47,664 nt of DNA from Thermodesulfobacteriota bacterium (GTDB taxonomy: Bacteria > Desulfobacterota > Thermodesulfobacteria > Thermodesulfobacteriales > Thermodesulfatatoraceae), in the NCBI GenBank assembly GCA_013153725.1, contig JAADDY010000068.1, positions 1 through 47,664 on the forward strand. Reading direction: 5' to 3'. Both the position numbers and the translations under genes were made by a program. The notes under the pieces are model-generated. The model was given only the letters and a program-made list of their open reading frames with translations. It ran no database searches and was not told where the DNA came from. Numbering within the stretch: position 1 is the first letter of the stretch; every line of letters begins with the position of its first letter. This document shows positions 1 through 9,078 of the stretch, piece after piece.

Positions 1-927
1 TTCTTTGAGGCATGTTATGTTCTTTTTATTTTTTCGTTTTTTCTCTTTTTGAAGAATTTCCTTCAGGAAAGGAAAGAGCTGTTTGTTTACTTTTTGTTTC
101 TTTTTTTGTTAACACCCGCAGGTATTCCTCATTTTGTTCATGATATTGGCCGTTTTGATATAATCAATTACAGTCTTTTATTTTTGGCGTTGGCTATTTA
201 TAGACCCGAAAATCGTTATTTTAATTTTCTCTCTCTTGTTCTGATTCTCTTAACCTATTTTATTCATGAGGCCTCCTTCTTTTATGCTTTTCCTTCTTTC
301 CTTCTTTTTTTGTTGCTAAACGAAAAAAAGAAAAAAGCTATGCTTTTTACAGGTGTAAGTTTAATATGTTTTCTTTTTATCATGGCTTTTGGCCAATATT
401 CATCGTTGGATGCCCAAACGTATTTCAGTTTAAAAGTAGCTCCTACCTGGGGTGATAAAACTACCAATAGTCATCTTGTGCTCTTTAGGTCTGTAACAGA
501 TAATTTAAAGTATGTTTTTTGTTTTCTTTCCAAATACCGGTCTTTTAGTCCGTTGGAGATATTTTTATATACACTATATTTTGGTATAATTTTGGCTTTT
601 CATACCCTCTTTTCGTCGATTTTTTGTCCCAAATTTTCTTGGCTTCGTCTGCTTCTTTTTTCTCTTCCCTTCTGGATCTTGCCGTTGTTTTTAGTGGGTA
701 TTGATTATTCCCGTTGGGTGAGCTTGTTCTTTGTGAATTCAGTAATAGCAGCCGTTTTCTTTGTGAAATATTTTAGCGATAAACATTTCCAGTTAGCCTC
801 AGCAACTCCTCTGTTGAAGATATATTATTTTGTGATGATAATTTTTATTCTGTTTGGCCCCCTGGGTGTAATTTTCCCCTTTCCTTTGTTTTTCAATTAT
901 CTCAACAAAGCCCTGGGTAAAGGCTAA
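1..927 (+). CDS. Polytopic membrane protein, hypothetical, 5'-truncated by the window edge
   Basis: Frame is open from base 1 (FFEACYVLFIFSFFLFLKNF...) to TAA at 925-927. Many hydrophobic segments with an HE motif (FIHEASFFY), loosely resembling GT-C-type membrane glycosyltransferases. Very AT-rich. Confidence 0.75.
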   Translation, partial: FFEACYVLFIFSFFLFLKNFLQERKELFVYFLFLFLLTPAGIPHFVHDIGRFDIINYSLLFLALAIYRPENRYFNFLSLVLILLTYFIHEASFFYAFPSFLLFLLLNEKKKKAMLFTGVSLICFLFIMAFGQYSSLDAQTYFSLKVAPTWGDKTTNSHLVLFRSVTDNLKYVFCFLSKYRSFSPLEIFLYTLYFGIILAFHTLFSSIFCPKFSWLRLLLFSLPFWILPLFLVGIDYSRWVSLFFVNSVIAAVFFVKYFSDKHFQLASATPLLKIYYFVMIIFILFGPLGVIFPFPLFFNYLNKALGKG

Positions 928-1019
928 GAGAGCTGCTTAATCTAAGGCCTGGAATCGAGCTGAAAGCGAGGTGTCTGAAAATTGCTCGGTATGGGAAGAG
1001 ACGAATGAAGCGGGAAGGA

Positions 1020-1044
1020 GAAGAGGGGGAGAACCCCCCTCTTC
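1020..1044 (-). terminator. Hairpin terminator between convergent genes
   Basis: GAAGAGGGGG-agaac-CCCCCTCTTC 10-bp stem just after the stop of 1047..2513; pyrimidine-rich tail on the minus strand. Confidence 0.6.
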
Positions 1045-1046
1045 CG

Positions 1047-2513
1047 TTATTCTTTAGTGAACCACTTATCTACCAGTCTGGCAGCGTGATCTTTGCAGCC
1101 CAGACCAAAGGCCAAGGCTACGGCTACGGCTATACCCGCCATCAAAATGGTGAAGGCGCTCACCACAATTTCTTTGCTGATGCCCATTTCCGTTAAAGCC
1201 ATGGCAAAAGCAAGGGCAATAACGGCACCTTTCAAGAAATAAGCAGGAACCCGCGCTTTTTCTCCTAAAGACTGTTCAAGCATTTTCTGGGCCAAACCCC
1301 CGATCCAAACACCCAAGGCCAAAATCAGAACCGCGATGATGGCCCGTGCACCGAAAAAGATGAGGTTGTTGATCAATATGGAGAGGTATTCCAGACGGAG
1401 AAGCTCGGCAGCTTCCATGAACGCCAAAAGAACTGCCAAAGTCATGATAATCGTGGAGACCAAGCGAACGATATCGACTTTGAAACCCAACCCCAGTTTT
1501 TCGGGAAGCTTGTTAGCTCCCATGCCTTCCAAGATGTCTGCAACCATTTTGGCCACGATTTTTCCGACAAAATAGGCCACCGCTATGATAACAAAGGCTC
1601 CGAAGATCAACGGTATAGCAGAGAGGAGCTGATTCAGCATAGCTATAGCAGGATCAGAAATAGCCTTAATCTTGAGAGCGTTGAGGGCTGCAATTAGTAC
1701 CGGAATGAAAATGAGGACGTAGATAATATTGCCAATGATTTGAGAAAGTTTGGCTTTGTCACCAAGACCAATCTTTTCTCCAATCTGATCAACTCCCAAG
1801 GCGGCAAGAAGGCCTGTAACTACCAATTTAATTACGTGTGCAATGAACCAGCCCACTATTAGGATAAGAACCGCGGCAAAAATATCGGGGATATAAGTGA
1901 GTATTTTTGAAACAAGTTCTTGGACAGGGACGACAAGAGATTCCATTTTTAGGGTTTCTAAGATAGCAGGAAGAAAGAGAAGGAAAACAAACCAGTAAGC
2001 GGCGTTTGCTATAGAAGTTGAGACAGGAACTTCCTCTCTGGCGCCTTTTTGGGCGATTCTTTCATCAAGTTTGATAGCGGCTGTGCCTTTCTTAATGACC
2101 AGACGTACAATGCTGGCAATGATCCAGGCCAAGAAAATTAAAAGAGCAGCACTTAGTAGGTTTGGTAAAAAGGCTATAATTTCATTTAACAAATTGTTTA
2201 GAGGTTCTGTAACAGCAGTTAACTGTAAACGCTGGAAAAAGGCTACCAGAACAAACAGAAACAGAATATAAAAGACAATCTTGGCTATGATGTTTTCTAT
2301 AGAGATTTTGATTTCTTCTCTTAAGATCTTTTCAAGAAGACCTCTCAGGTTGATTTTGATCAAAACCTTACGTATGCCAGCAGCGATTATCCTGGCGACA
2401 ATCCATCCTATGATGAGAATAAGAAAAGCTGCTAAAATTTGCGGTAAGCTGCTTCCAAGGGTGCTGGCAAGACTACGCCAAAATTCTTGTAATGCTTCCC
2501 ATATATTTGTCAT
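1047..2513 (-). CDS. Conserved TM-helix repeat membrane protein (CmpX / mechanosensitive-channel TM_helix family)
   Basis: Repeated units such as LPQILAAFLILIIGWIVARII, LPNLLSAALLIFLAWIIASIV and IPDIFAAVLILIVGWFIAHVI; C-terminal AVALAFGLG; SD AAGGAGG before ATG. Confidence 0.85.
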   Translation of the reverse strand: MTNIWEALQEFWRSLASTLGSSLPQILAAFLILIIGWIVARIIAAGIRKVLIKINLRGLLEKILREEIKISIENIIAKIVFYILFLFVLVAFFQRLQLTAVTEPLNNLLNEIIAFLPNLLSAALLIFLAWIIASIVRLVIKKGTAAIKLDERIAQKGAREEVPVSTSIANAAYWFVFLLFLPAILETLKMESLVVPVQELVSKILTYIPDIFAAVLILIVGWFIAHVIKLVVTGLLAALGVDQIGEKIGLGDKAKLSQIIGNIIYVLIFIPVLIAALNALKIKAISDPAIAMLNQLLSAIPLIFGAFVIIAVAYFVGKIVAKMVADILEGMGANKLPEKLGLGFKVDIVRLVSTIIMTLAVLLAFMEAAELLRLEYLSILINNLIFFGARAIIAVLILALGVWIGGLAQKMLEQSLGEKARVPAYFLKGAVIALAFAMALTEMGISKEIVVSAFTILMAGIAVAVALAFGLGCKDHAARLVDKWFTKE

Positions 2514-2720
2514 GATGCCCTCCTTTTTATAAAAATTTCTTTTATTCCTTATATTTCACTAATTTAATATCTAAATTTGTCAAGAAAATTCTCTCCTCTT
2601 TTCCTGTGGTTATGAGGTAAAAAATTTTCAGAAATACAAATAAAATGCAAATCGAAGGGATCGATTGCCTAACAGAAACCCTTAAGATAGTTTAATGGAA
2701 AATTTGAAAAGGAGAAGAAA

Positions 2721-3452
2721 ATGCTAGTTGTGCCGGCAATCGATCTCAAAGACGGACGATGTGTGAGGCTTTATCAGGGCGATTACAACAGGGAAACAGT
2801 CTATAGTGACGATCCCGTCTCCGTGGCCCGGCGTTTTGTTGACGCAGGGGCCGAGCTCATCCACGTAATCGACCTCTCCGGAGCCAAAGAGGGGCGGGCG
2901 GTTCATCGGGAGCTGATCCGCCAGATAGTCCAAAATATCGAGGTTCCCATCGAAGTGGGCGGAGGGATCAGAGACCTCGAAACCATCGAAGCATATCTTT
3001 CAGACGGGGTGGAGAGGGTCATTCTCGGGACGATTGCCTGCCGTGAACCGGAGCTGGTGCGTGAAGCGTGTCGTCTCTTTCCGGGTCATGTAGTGGTAAG
3101 CATTGATGTGCGAGGAGATTACGTGGCCGTAGAGGGCTGGACGGAAGAGAGCACCATTCACTATTTGGAGCTAGCCAGGCTCCTCGAAGATGCCGGTTTA
3201 AGGGCCCTCATTTTTACCGATATTACCCGCGATGGCACGGAGGAGGGAGTCAACCTGAAAAGGGTTCTCCCTCTCCTTGAGACCGTATCCCTTCCGGTTT
3301 ATCTTGCTGGAGGGGTTTCAAGTTTGGAGGACATCAAAAAACTCCTCCCTCTGGAGGAAAAAGGGCTAGAGGGAGTTATTACGGGGCGGGCGATTTATAC
3401 CGGGGCCCTCGATCTTCGCGAGGCGATAAAACTGGCCAAAGGCATCAAGTGA
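2721..3452 (+). CDS. hisA: ProFAR isomerase
   Basis: PAIDLKDGRCVRLYQG, GGGIR, FTDITRDGT and GRAIY motifs; SD AAGGAG. Confidence 0.97.
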   Translation: MLVVPAIDLKDGRCVRLYQGDYNRETVYSDDPVSVARRFVDAGAELIHVIDLSGAKEGRAVHRELIRQIVQNIEVPIEVGGGIRDLETIEAYLSDGVERVILGTIACREPELVREACRLFPGHVVVSIDVRGDYVAVEGWTEESTIHYLELARLLEDAGLRALIFTDITRDGTEEGVNLKRVLPLLETVSLPVYLAGGVSSLEDIKKLLPLEEKGLEGVITGRAIYTGALDLREAIKLAKGIK

Positions 3453-5434
3453 AGGAAAAAGATCTTTCCGGGCATCTCATAGAATTTGCCGAACAGGGGC
3501 GCATCCAAACCGCTTATTGTTTGGGTCAAAAGGACCGGCGCCTGAGAGTCCTCCTGCTCTCCGGCCGTGAAGAATTGCTCCCTCGCACCCGCATCCTTCA
3601 CATCTCAAAGCGGGCTTACCGGGCCAGCCACCGGCAAGAACAGCTCGAAATCCTGAAAGAAGCCCATGAGCGGCGGGAGAGACTGAAGGAGGAGATAGCT
3701 CTTGAAGACCTGTGGGAGCTCGTGGTTGACGAAGCCGAAGAGATGAGCCCGGAGGAGCTTGCCGAGATCTATTTCGGAAGCGGGGTCGACGATGACCACG
3801 TGGCAGCCCTCATAAGGGCCGTTCTCGAAGATCGTCTCTACTTTCGTTTCCGAGAAGGGCAAATCCTTGTTCACTCCCGCGAGGAAGTTGCGAGACTCAA
3901 GGAGGCCCGCCGGAAGGAGGCCGAAAGATTGGCCCGGCGCGAAGAGGGAGCGGCCTGGCTTTCCGCCCTCCTCTCGCAGAAAGATTACCCGGTCAAAGAT
4001 TCTGTGCGTGAGTACTGGCTCACTGCCCTCAAGGAATATCTCCTCTTTGGAGAGGAGGCCCGCAACGCCCGTGAAACCAAAGACCTTCTCAAAAGAGTCG
4101 GTGCCGATCGCCCTTCCAAGATCTTTGAGATCCTGGTGCACGAGGGAATTTTCTCGCCGGATGAAAATCTTGAGCTTTTGCGCTTCGACATCAAAGAAGA
4201 ATTCCCCGAAGCAGTGGAAAAAGAGGCCGAAGAACTGGTAAAGAAGGGCTTTTCCCGCGAAGGGCGGGAAGATCTGACACATCTTTCTCCTGTCACCATC
4301 GATGGCCCGGAGACGAAAGATTTCGACGATGCCCTTCATTTTGAAGAAAGAGACGGAAAGCTCCTGGTGGGAATTCACATTGCCGATGTATCGACCTTTG
4401 TGCCGCCGGAGAGCCGGCTCTTTCAGGAGGCCCTTTCGCGCGGGGCCACCATCTATCTTCCGGATCGCATCATTCCCATGCTTCCGCGAGTCATTTGTGA
4501 GGAGGCGGCAAGTCTCAAGGAAGGGGTCGAGAGGCCGGCCCTTTCTTTCCTGGTAGAGCTCAGCCCTTCGGGAGAGATCCTCTCTTTCCGCATCGTGCGC
4601 TCGGTCATCAAGGTGGCTCGCCGCCTGGTCTACGACGAGGCGGACGAATTGCTTCAGGGAGAACTTTCTCCCCTCTATCGCCTGGCGGAAAAACTCTTTG
4701 AGAGACGCCTGGCTGCCGGGGCGCTTCCCGTCTATCTTCCGGAGATAATGCTGCGTGTCGAAGACGGAAGGATAAGGCTTGAACGCATCGAGATTACGGG
4801 CTCGCGTTTTCTGGTCTCCGAGTTCATGATCCTTGCCAATTATCTGGCGGCCCGCTTTCTCAAAGAAAACCAGGTGCCAGCCATTTATCGTAGCCAGCCC
4901 AAGCCCAAAGAACGCCTCATTTCCGGAGGCGAGCAGGACATCTATCTCAACTTCCTGCAACTGCGGCAAATGTCCCGCGGAGAGATGCTCCTTACCCCGG
5001 AATTCCATCACGGCCTGGGGCTTCCCTGCTACACCACCGTCACCTCCCCCATCAGGAGAGCGGTGGACCTCATCGTCGAGCATCAACTCTGTCATTTTCT
5101 GGCCACCGGAAGCCCGCGCTTTTCGCAAGAAGAACTGGAGAGCTTCTTAAGGGAGCTTTCCCGTTCTCTCGAAGTGGTGAGCACGGTTAAGAACAGATCT
5201 TACCGCTACTGGTTGCTCAAGTATTTGCGAGAATACGCTCGCCAGCAGCCCCTGGAGAGTCTGGTGGTGGACATTCACCAGCGCAAAGCCAAAGTCCTGC
5301 TGCTGGATTACATGATCACGGTAGACGTTCCTCTTCCCCCAAGTCTCCGGCTTGAGCCTGGAAGCCGCCTCAAGATCGTTCTAAAAAGCATTAACCCCCG
5401 AGAAGATACCATCCGGGCCTTTCTGGCCCATTAA
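3449..5434 (+). CDS. Ribonuclease II/R family (RNB domain) exoribonuclease
   Basis: TIDGPETKDFDDA catalytic motif, GIHIADVS, SEFMILAN, HHGLGLPCYTTVTSPIRR; GTGA overlap with the hisA stop. Confidence 0.92.
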   Translation: MKEKDLSGHLIEFAEQGRIQTAYCLGQKDRRLRVLLLSGREELLPRTRILHISKRAYRASHRQEQLEILKEAHERRERLKEEIALEDLWELVVDEAEEMSPEELAEIYFGSGVDDDHVAALIRAVLEDRLYFRFREGQILVHSREEVARLKEARRKEAERLARREEGAAWLSALLSQKDYPVKDSVREYWLTALKEYLLFGEEARNARETKDLLKRVGADRPSKIFEILVHEGIFSPDENLELLRFDIKEEFPEAVEKEAEELVKKGFSREGREDLTHLSPVTIDGPETKDFDDALHFEERDGKLLVGIHIADVSTFVPPESRLFQEALSRGATIYLPDRIIPMLPRVICEEAASLKEGVERPALSFLVELSPSGEILSFRIVRSVIKVARRLVYDEADELLQGELSPLYRLAEKLFERRLAAGALPVYLPEIMLRVEDGRIRLERIEITGSRFLVSEFMILANYLAARFLKENQVPAIYRSQPKPKERLISGGEQDIYLNFLQLRQMSRGEMLLTPEFHHGLGLPCYTTVTSPIRRAVDLIVEHQLCHFLATGSPRFSQEELESFLRELSRSLEVVSTVKNRSYRYWLLKYLREYARQQPLESLVVDIHQRKAKVLLLDYMITVDVPLPPSLRLEPGSRLKIVLKSINPREDTIRAFLAH

Positions 5435-6700
5435 GCCCAGCGCCTGTATCTCTTCAAATTGCTGTCGCGAAGCTTCCTGTTTCTCCTTCATGTAGGCGGA
5501 GATGTAGGGATAGTTGTCGAAGAGGGCTTCGACGATGATGGGGTCGAGGTGTCTGCGTCGAGCCATCCCTTCCATGATACGGCGTATTTCCTTCTCTGGC
5601 AGTTCCTTGCGATAGGGACGATCTTCAAGGAGGGCGGTGAAGACGTCTGCTACGGCCAAAATCCTCGCGCCCAGGCAGAGGTCCCCGGCGGACAACCGGA
5701 AGGGATATCCGGTGCCATCCAGCTTTTCGTGATGAAAGGCTGCCCATTCGGTCACCTGTTCGAAGCCATCGATGGAATCAAGTATCACAAAGGTGTAGTA
5801 GGGGTGCTTTTTGATGATGTCGATTTCTTCGGGGGTCAGCCTTCCGGGCTTTTCCAGGATTTCCACCGGGATGGCCAGCTTCCCCAGATCATGGAGATTC
5901 CCGGCGATCTGGATGAGGGTGATCTCTCTTTCCGTGAAGCGCAGATACTTGGAAAGGGCTATGGCAGAGGAAGCAACTCCCACGGAATGAGTGGCGGTGA
6001 AATGGGAACGGAAGTCGATTATGCGGCTGAAGAAGCGAGAAAGGCGGGCCACGCTGTCGATGTCGATTTCTACCTTTTCGAGCGGGCCGCGGTTCAAAAG
6101 CAGGGAGTAGATGCGCGGATTGGCGACGTCGAACCAGAAGGCTTCTCTCCGGGCCAAATCCTCGAAAAGATCCACCACCTCGGGGTGAAACTCATCTCCT
6201 TCCAGGCTTCTGACCTTGGCCACGATGTCTGACACCTGGGAGAGGATGTAAACCTGACGGTCTATGGAGCGCTCCACAAAATCTGCCAGATTGAGGATCT
6301 GGGATTCCAGCACGTGGGGGTCTGTGAGCCTGGCGCCGCTTTCGCGCCAGACCTTCCAGGGCAGGTGGTGATAGCGCACGATGGGAGCGGCGGGTGCCAG
6401 AATCCAGATGGAGGCCAGGAGTTGTTCGCCACGCAGGCAATGGCTGTCTATCTCTTGGGCCTCGAAGCGGTGCAGAAGTAATTTTTCGCGAGGGTCAAGG
6501 GCCCCGATATCGTGAAACAGGGCCGCCATGTAAATGTTGCGGCACGTTTCATAGGGCAGGATGGCCTCTTTGGCCAGCTGCCAGGCAATGTAGGTGGTTC
6601 GCATCTGATGGAGAGAGATTGCAGGGTTGGCGAGATCGATGGCATCGGAGACGGAAAGGAAGAAGTTGTTCAGGTTGATACAGGTTTCACGTAGCATCAA
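5381..6700 (-). CDS. Tandem HD / HD-GYP domain protein (putative c-di-GMP phosphodiesterase)
   Basis: N-terminal ALFHDIG; C-terminal LHDLGK...HHEKLDGTGYP...AVADVFTALLEDRPYR. Confidence 0.9.
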   Translation of the reverse strand: MMLRETCINLNNFFLSVSDAIDLANPAISLHQMRTTYIAWQLAKEAILPYETCRNIYMAALFHDIGALDPREKLLLHRFEAQEIDSHCLRGEQLLASIWILAPAAPIVRYHHLPWKVWRESGARLTDPHVLESQILNLADFVERSIDRQVYILSQVSDIVAKVRSLEGDEFHPEVVDLFEDLARREAFWFDVANPRIYSLLLNRGPLEKVEIDIDSVARLSRFFSRIIDFRSHFTATHSVGVASSAIALSKYLRFTEREITLIQIAGNLHDLGKLAIPVEILEKPGRLTPEEIDIIKKHPYYTFVILDSIDGFEQVTEWAAFHHEKLDGTGYPFRLSAGDLCLGARILAVADVFTALLEDRPYRKELPEKEIRRIMEGMARRRHLDPIIVEALFDNYPYISAYMKEKQEASRQQFEEIQALGLMGQKGPDGIFSGVNAF

Positions 6701-6736
6701 TTTTTTTATCGAGAAAAAGGGGCATTGACGTTAAAT

Positions 6737-6762
6737 AGCGCCTCTCATTTTCGAGAGGCGCC
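6737..6762 (-). terminator. Terminator hairpin after the octaheme cytochrome / cytochrome b operon
   Basis: GCGCCTCTC-attttc-GAGAGGCGC stem a few nt past the cytochrome b stop; AT-rich tail on the minus strand. Confidence 0.65.
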
Positions 6763-6766
6763 GTTT

Positions 6767-7366
6767 CTATCGCAATTCCACTTCTTCCCAGCCCAGAATC
6801 ATGCCCCGCAGGTGGGAGTACCAGGGCTTTCCGGTGGTGGCGAGATAGACGTGGATGATCAAGAAGAAAAGGAAGGCAAAGGCCCCGGCGGTGTGGTAAT
6901 AAGCGACCTTCCTGAAGGATGCGCTGATCCCGAGGGCAGGCCACCACTGATAGGAGAGGAGCAGGAAGGCCGTTACGAACTGGAGAGGGAAGAGCACCAG
7001 CTTCAGAAAGAGATAGGCCAGCCGCTGGAGGGGGTTCAGCTTCTGATCGGGCCGTTTCTCAAAGGGGTGCGGTTCTCCGCGAAAGATGCCCACCAGATAG
7101 TAGTAACAAATTTGGGGGATCTTTTCCTTGACCGGCCAGTAATGCCGCCACGCCCCGGTGGTGAGATGCCAGAAGATGGCAAAGGCCGTAAGAATCACCA
7201 GGGCCATCCCGGCATATACGTGCCAGAGATAGGCCTTTTCGTAGCCAAAGATTTCGAGGCTGCCGTGGATCTCGAAACCCGTAAGGAGGAGAAAGATGAT
7301 GAGAAAGGCCTGGGTCCAGTGCCAGAGTCTTTCAAACCGGGTGTAGAGATAGAGCTTTTGCTTCAT
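6767..7366 (-). CDS. Cytochrome b/b6-domain membrane subunit (PhsC / Ni-hydrogenase cyt b-like), partner of the octaheme cytochrome
   Basis: FERLWHWTQA, LTGFEIHG, KLNPLQRLAY, YYHTAGA and IIHVYLATTG heme-b His motifs; SD AAGGAGG. Confidence 0.9.
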   Translation of the reverse strand: MKQKLYLYTRFERLWHWTQAFLIIFLLLTGFEIHGSLEIFGYEKAYLWHVYAGMALVILTAFAIFWHLTTGAWRHYWPVKEKIPQICYYYLVGIFRGEPHPFEKRPDQKLNPLQRLAYLFLKLVLFPLQFVTAFLLLSYQWWPALGISASFRKVAYYHTAGAFAFLFFLIIHVYLATTGKPWYSHLRGMILGWEEVELR

Positions 7367-7378
7367 TTGAGGACCTCC

Positions 7379-9010
7379 TTATTTCCGTTTCAGGGCGATG
7401 ATGATCCGGGCCACACCGTGAATCGAGACAAAGAGCAAGGCGATGAGGCAGAGGGTCTGACCGATCTTGTCCAGCTCCACGTGACGATCCCTTCCCGGAA
7501 GATAGACCCCCGAAATACTGGCCAGCCTTCCTCCCTGGCGAACATGACAGGCGGCACACTTGAGAGCGTCTTCCCTGGGGGCTACCATGTGAGAGAGGGC
7601 GTGGTAATAGACCGTCTCCACAAATTCAACTTTTCCGCTGAAGGGCAGCCCGGCGGCCTTCATGCCGGCTGCCGCGGCTTTCTTCCAGTCAAACTCCGCC
7701 CAGAAAGCTCCGCTTCCCTTGGGGCCGAAAAGCTTCGGGACGATCATGAGCTTGTTCACCGGGTCGTAGGGTTGTTTGCCAAAATGGGGTTTGAAGGGGA
7801 AGATCCGCGAATCGGGATCTTCCGGGCTCCCGTTGGGTTTGATCAGGACGATGGGGTCCTTGCCTGCCTCGACTTTTTCGCCAGGTAGCAGATAAGAATA
7901 CGTGCCGTTGTACCAGCGATAGACCGGTACCAGGTTCTTGCCCCATTTGAGGGTTCCCTTCTTGGTGTGATATTCCGGCCTGCCCAACGGACCCATCTTC
8001 ACGATGGGTTTTCCGTCCTTGAAGCGCCCGGCCGTGGACCAGTCCCAGTAGGTGTTGGTGGGAAGCCCTCTGGCATAGAGGGGGATGTGGCAGGTCTGGC
8101 AGGCCACACGGTCAGTATGGTCGTTGAGCTTCACAAGCCGCCAGTCAAAGAGCTTCTTTTCCGGGCGATGGGGCCTGGTGCCGTGGCAGGCCTCGCACTT
8201 TACCAGGTGCCCTTCGTATCTGGGGAGAGCAAGCTCCCGTTTCCCGGGCGCTGGGGTGTCGTAGTGTCGGCCGTCGATCTCGTGGGCGGTGGTGGTGTGG
8301 CAGGTGGCACAGGTGAAATTGAGCCCCTTGGCGTCCATGTGAGCATCTATCTTCTTGGGCGGGGCGATGAGGGTAGAGTCTATATCTCCACGTTTGACAC
8401 CGTCCCCTCCTCCGCTGAAGAAATGACACTTTCCGCAGGATTCCCGTGTGCTGTACCCCACGTGCTGGGCCACGTAGGCCAGATTGACGGCCTTGAAGAG
8501 TTTTTTGCCGGCAAATACCTTGTCTTTCAGCGGAGGATAGCCGCAATCGGTGGGGAATTTTTTATAGGTTCCGGTCGTGTCGTGGCAGACCAGGCAGTCG
8601 ATCTTTTCCACGGCGAAGTCGAAACTTTTGTCCTTCCATCCGTAACCGGCGTGGCAGCTGGTGCACCTGCACCAGTTGGAGGTTACCGCCACTCAGTAGT
8701 TGTTGATGACATGGGCCTTACCCAGAAGGCGGCCGTCTTTTCCCTTCCAGGTCCAGGTGTAATGCAGGGTCTTTTTGAACTGCTCTCCGGCCTTGTTGTG
8801 GCACTTGAGACAGGCCCTGGTGACTTCCTCCGGGGTTTTGAAGTCTTTTTTGAGTTCCTCGTACTTGGAGTGGTCCGCTGTAGACGCTGGCGGGGCAAAA
8901 TATCTGGGGCTGGCAAGCTGGATACCCGCATTTTGCCCCCGCACAAAGGCGGAATAACCGAAACCAGGTGCCAACAGAAGAATGATCACTCCCACCCACC
9001 AAACCCTCAT
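7379..9010 (-). CDS. Octaheme c-type cytochrome, tetrathionate reductase (OTR) family, probable selenoprotein (Sec at TGA 8693-8695)
   Basis: ORFs 8693..9016 and 7379..8692 share a frame and are separated only by one TGA. Joined, they give a signal peptide, eight CXXCH motifs (CLKCH upstream; CTSCH, CLVCH, CGKCH, CATCH, CEACH, CQTCH, CAACH downstream) and a C-terminal TM helix. Context GKAHVINNY-U-VAVTSNWCRCTSCHAGYGW. GGAGG lies 6 nt before ATG 9010. Confidence 0.88.
8651..8692 (-). promoter_or_regulatory. Candidate bacterial SECIS element
   Basis: Directly after UGA: GUGGCGG-uaaccuccaa-CUGGUGC-AGGU-GCACCAG-CUGCCAC. Lower 7-bp stem (one G-U), upper perfect 7-bp stem, AGGU loop beginning after 24 nt downstream of UGA. 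Confidence 0.8.
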
Positions 9011-9078
9011 CGGCAACCTCCGTTAATTGAGAAATAGTTGCTGTTTCTACAAAAAGAATGGGGCTTGGAAGGAAAAAG

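Noticed and set aside
8693-8695. Reading the TGA as a nonsense mutation (pseudogene) or as a boundary between two genes
   Set aside because: All eight heme motifs, the signal peptide and the partner gene are intact. The stop is TGA at a conserved Cys position and is followed by a SECIS-like hairpin. The downstream GTG has no SD.
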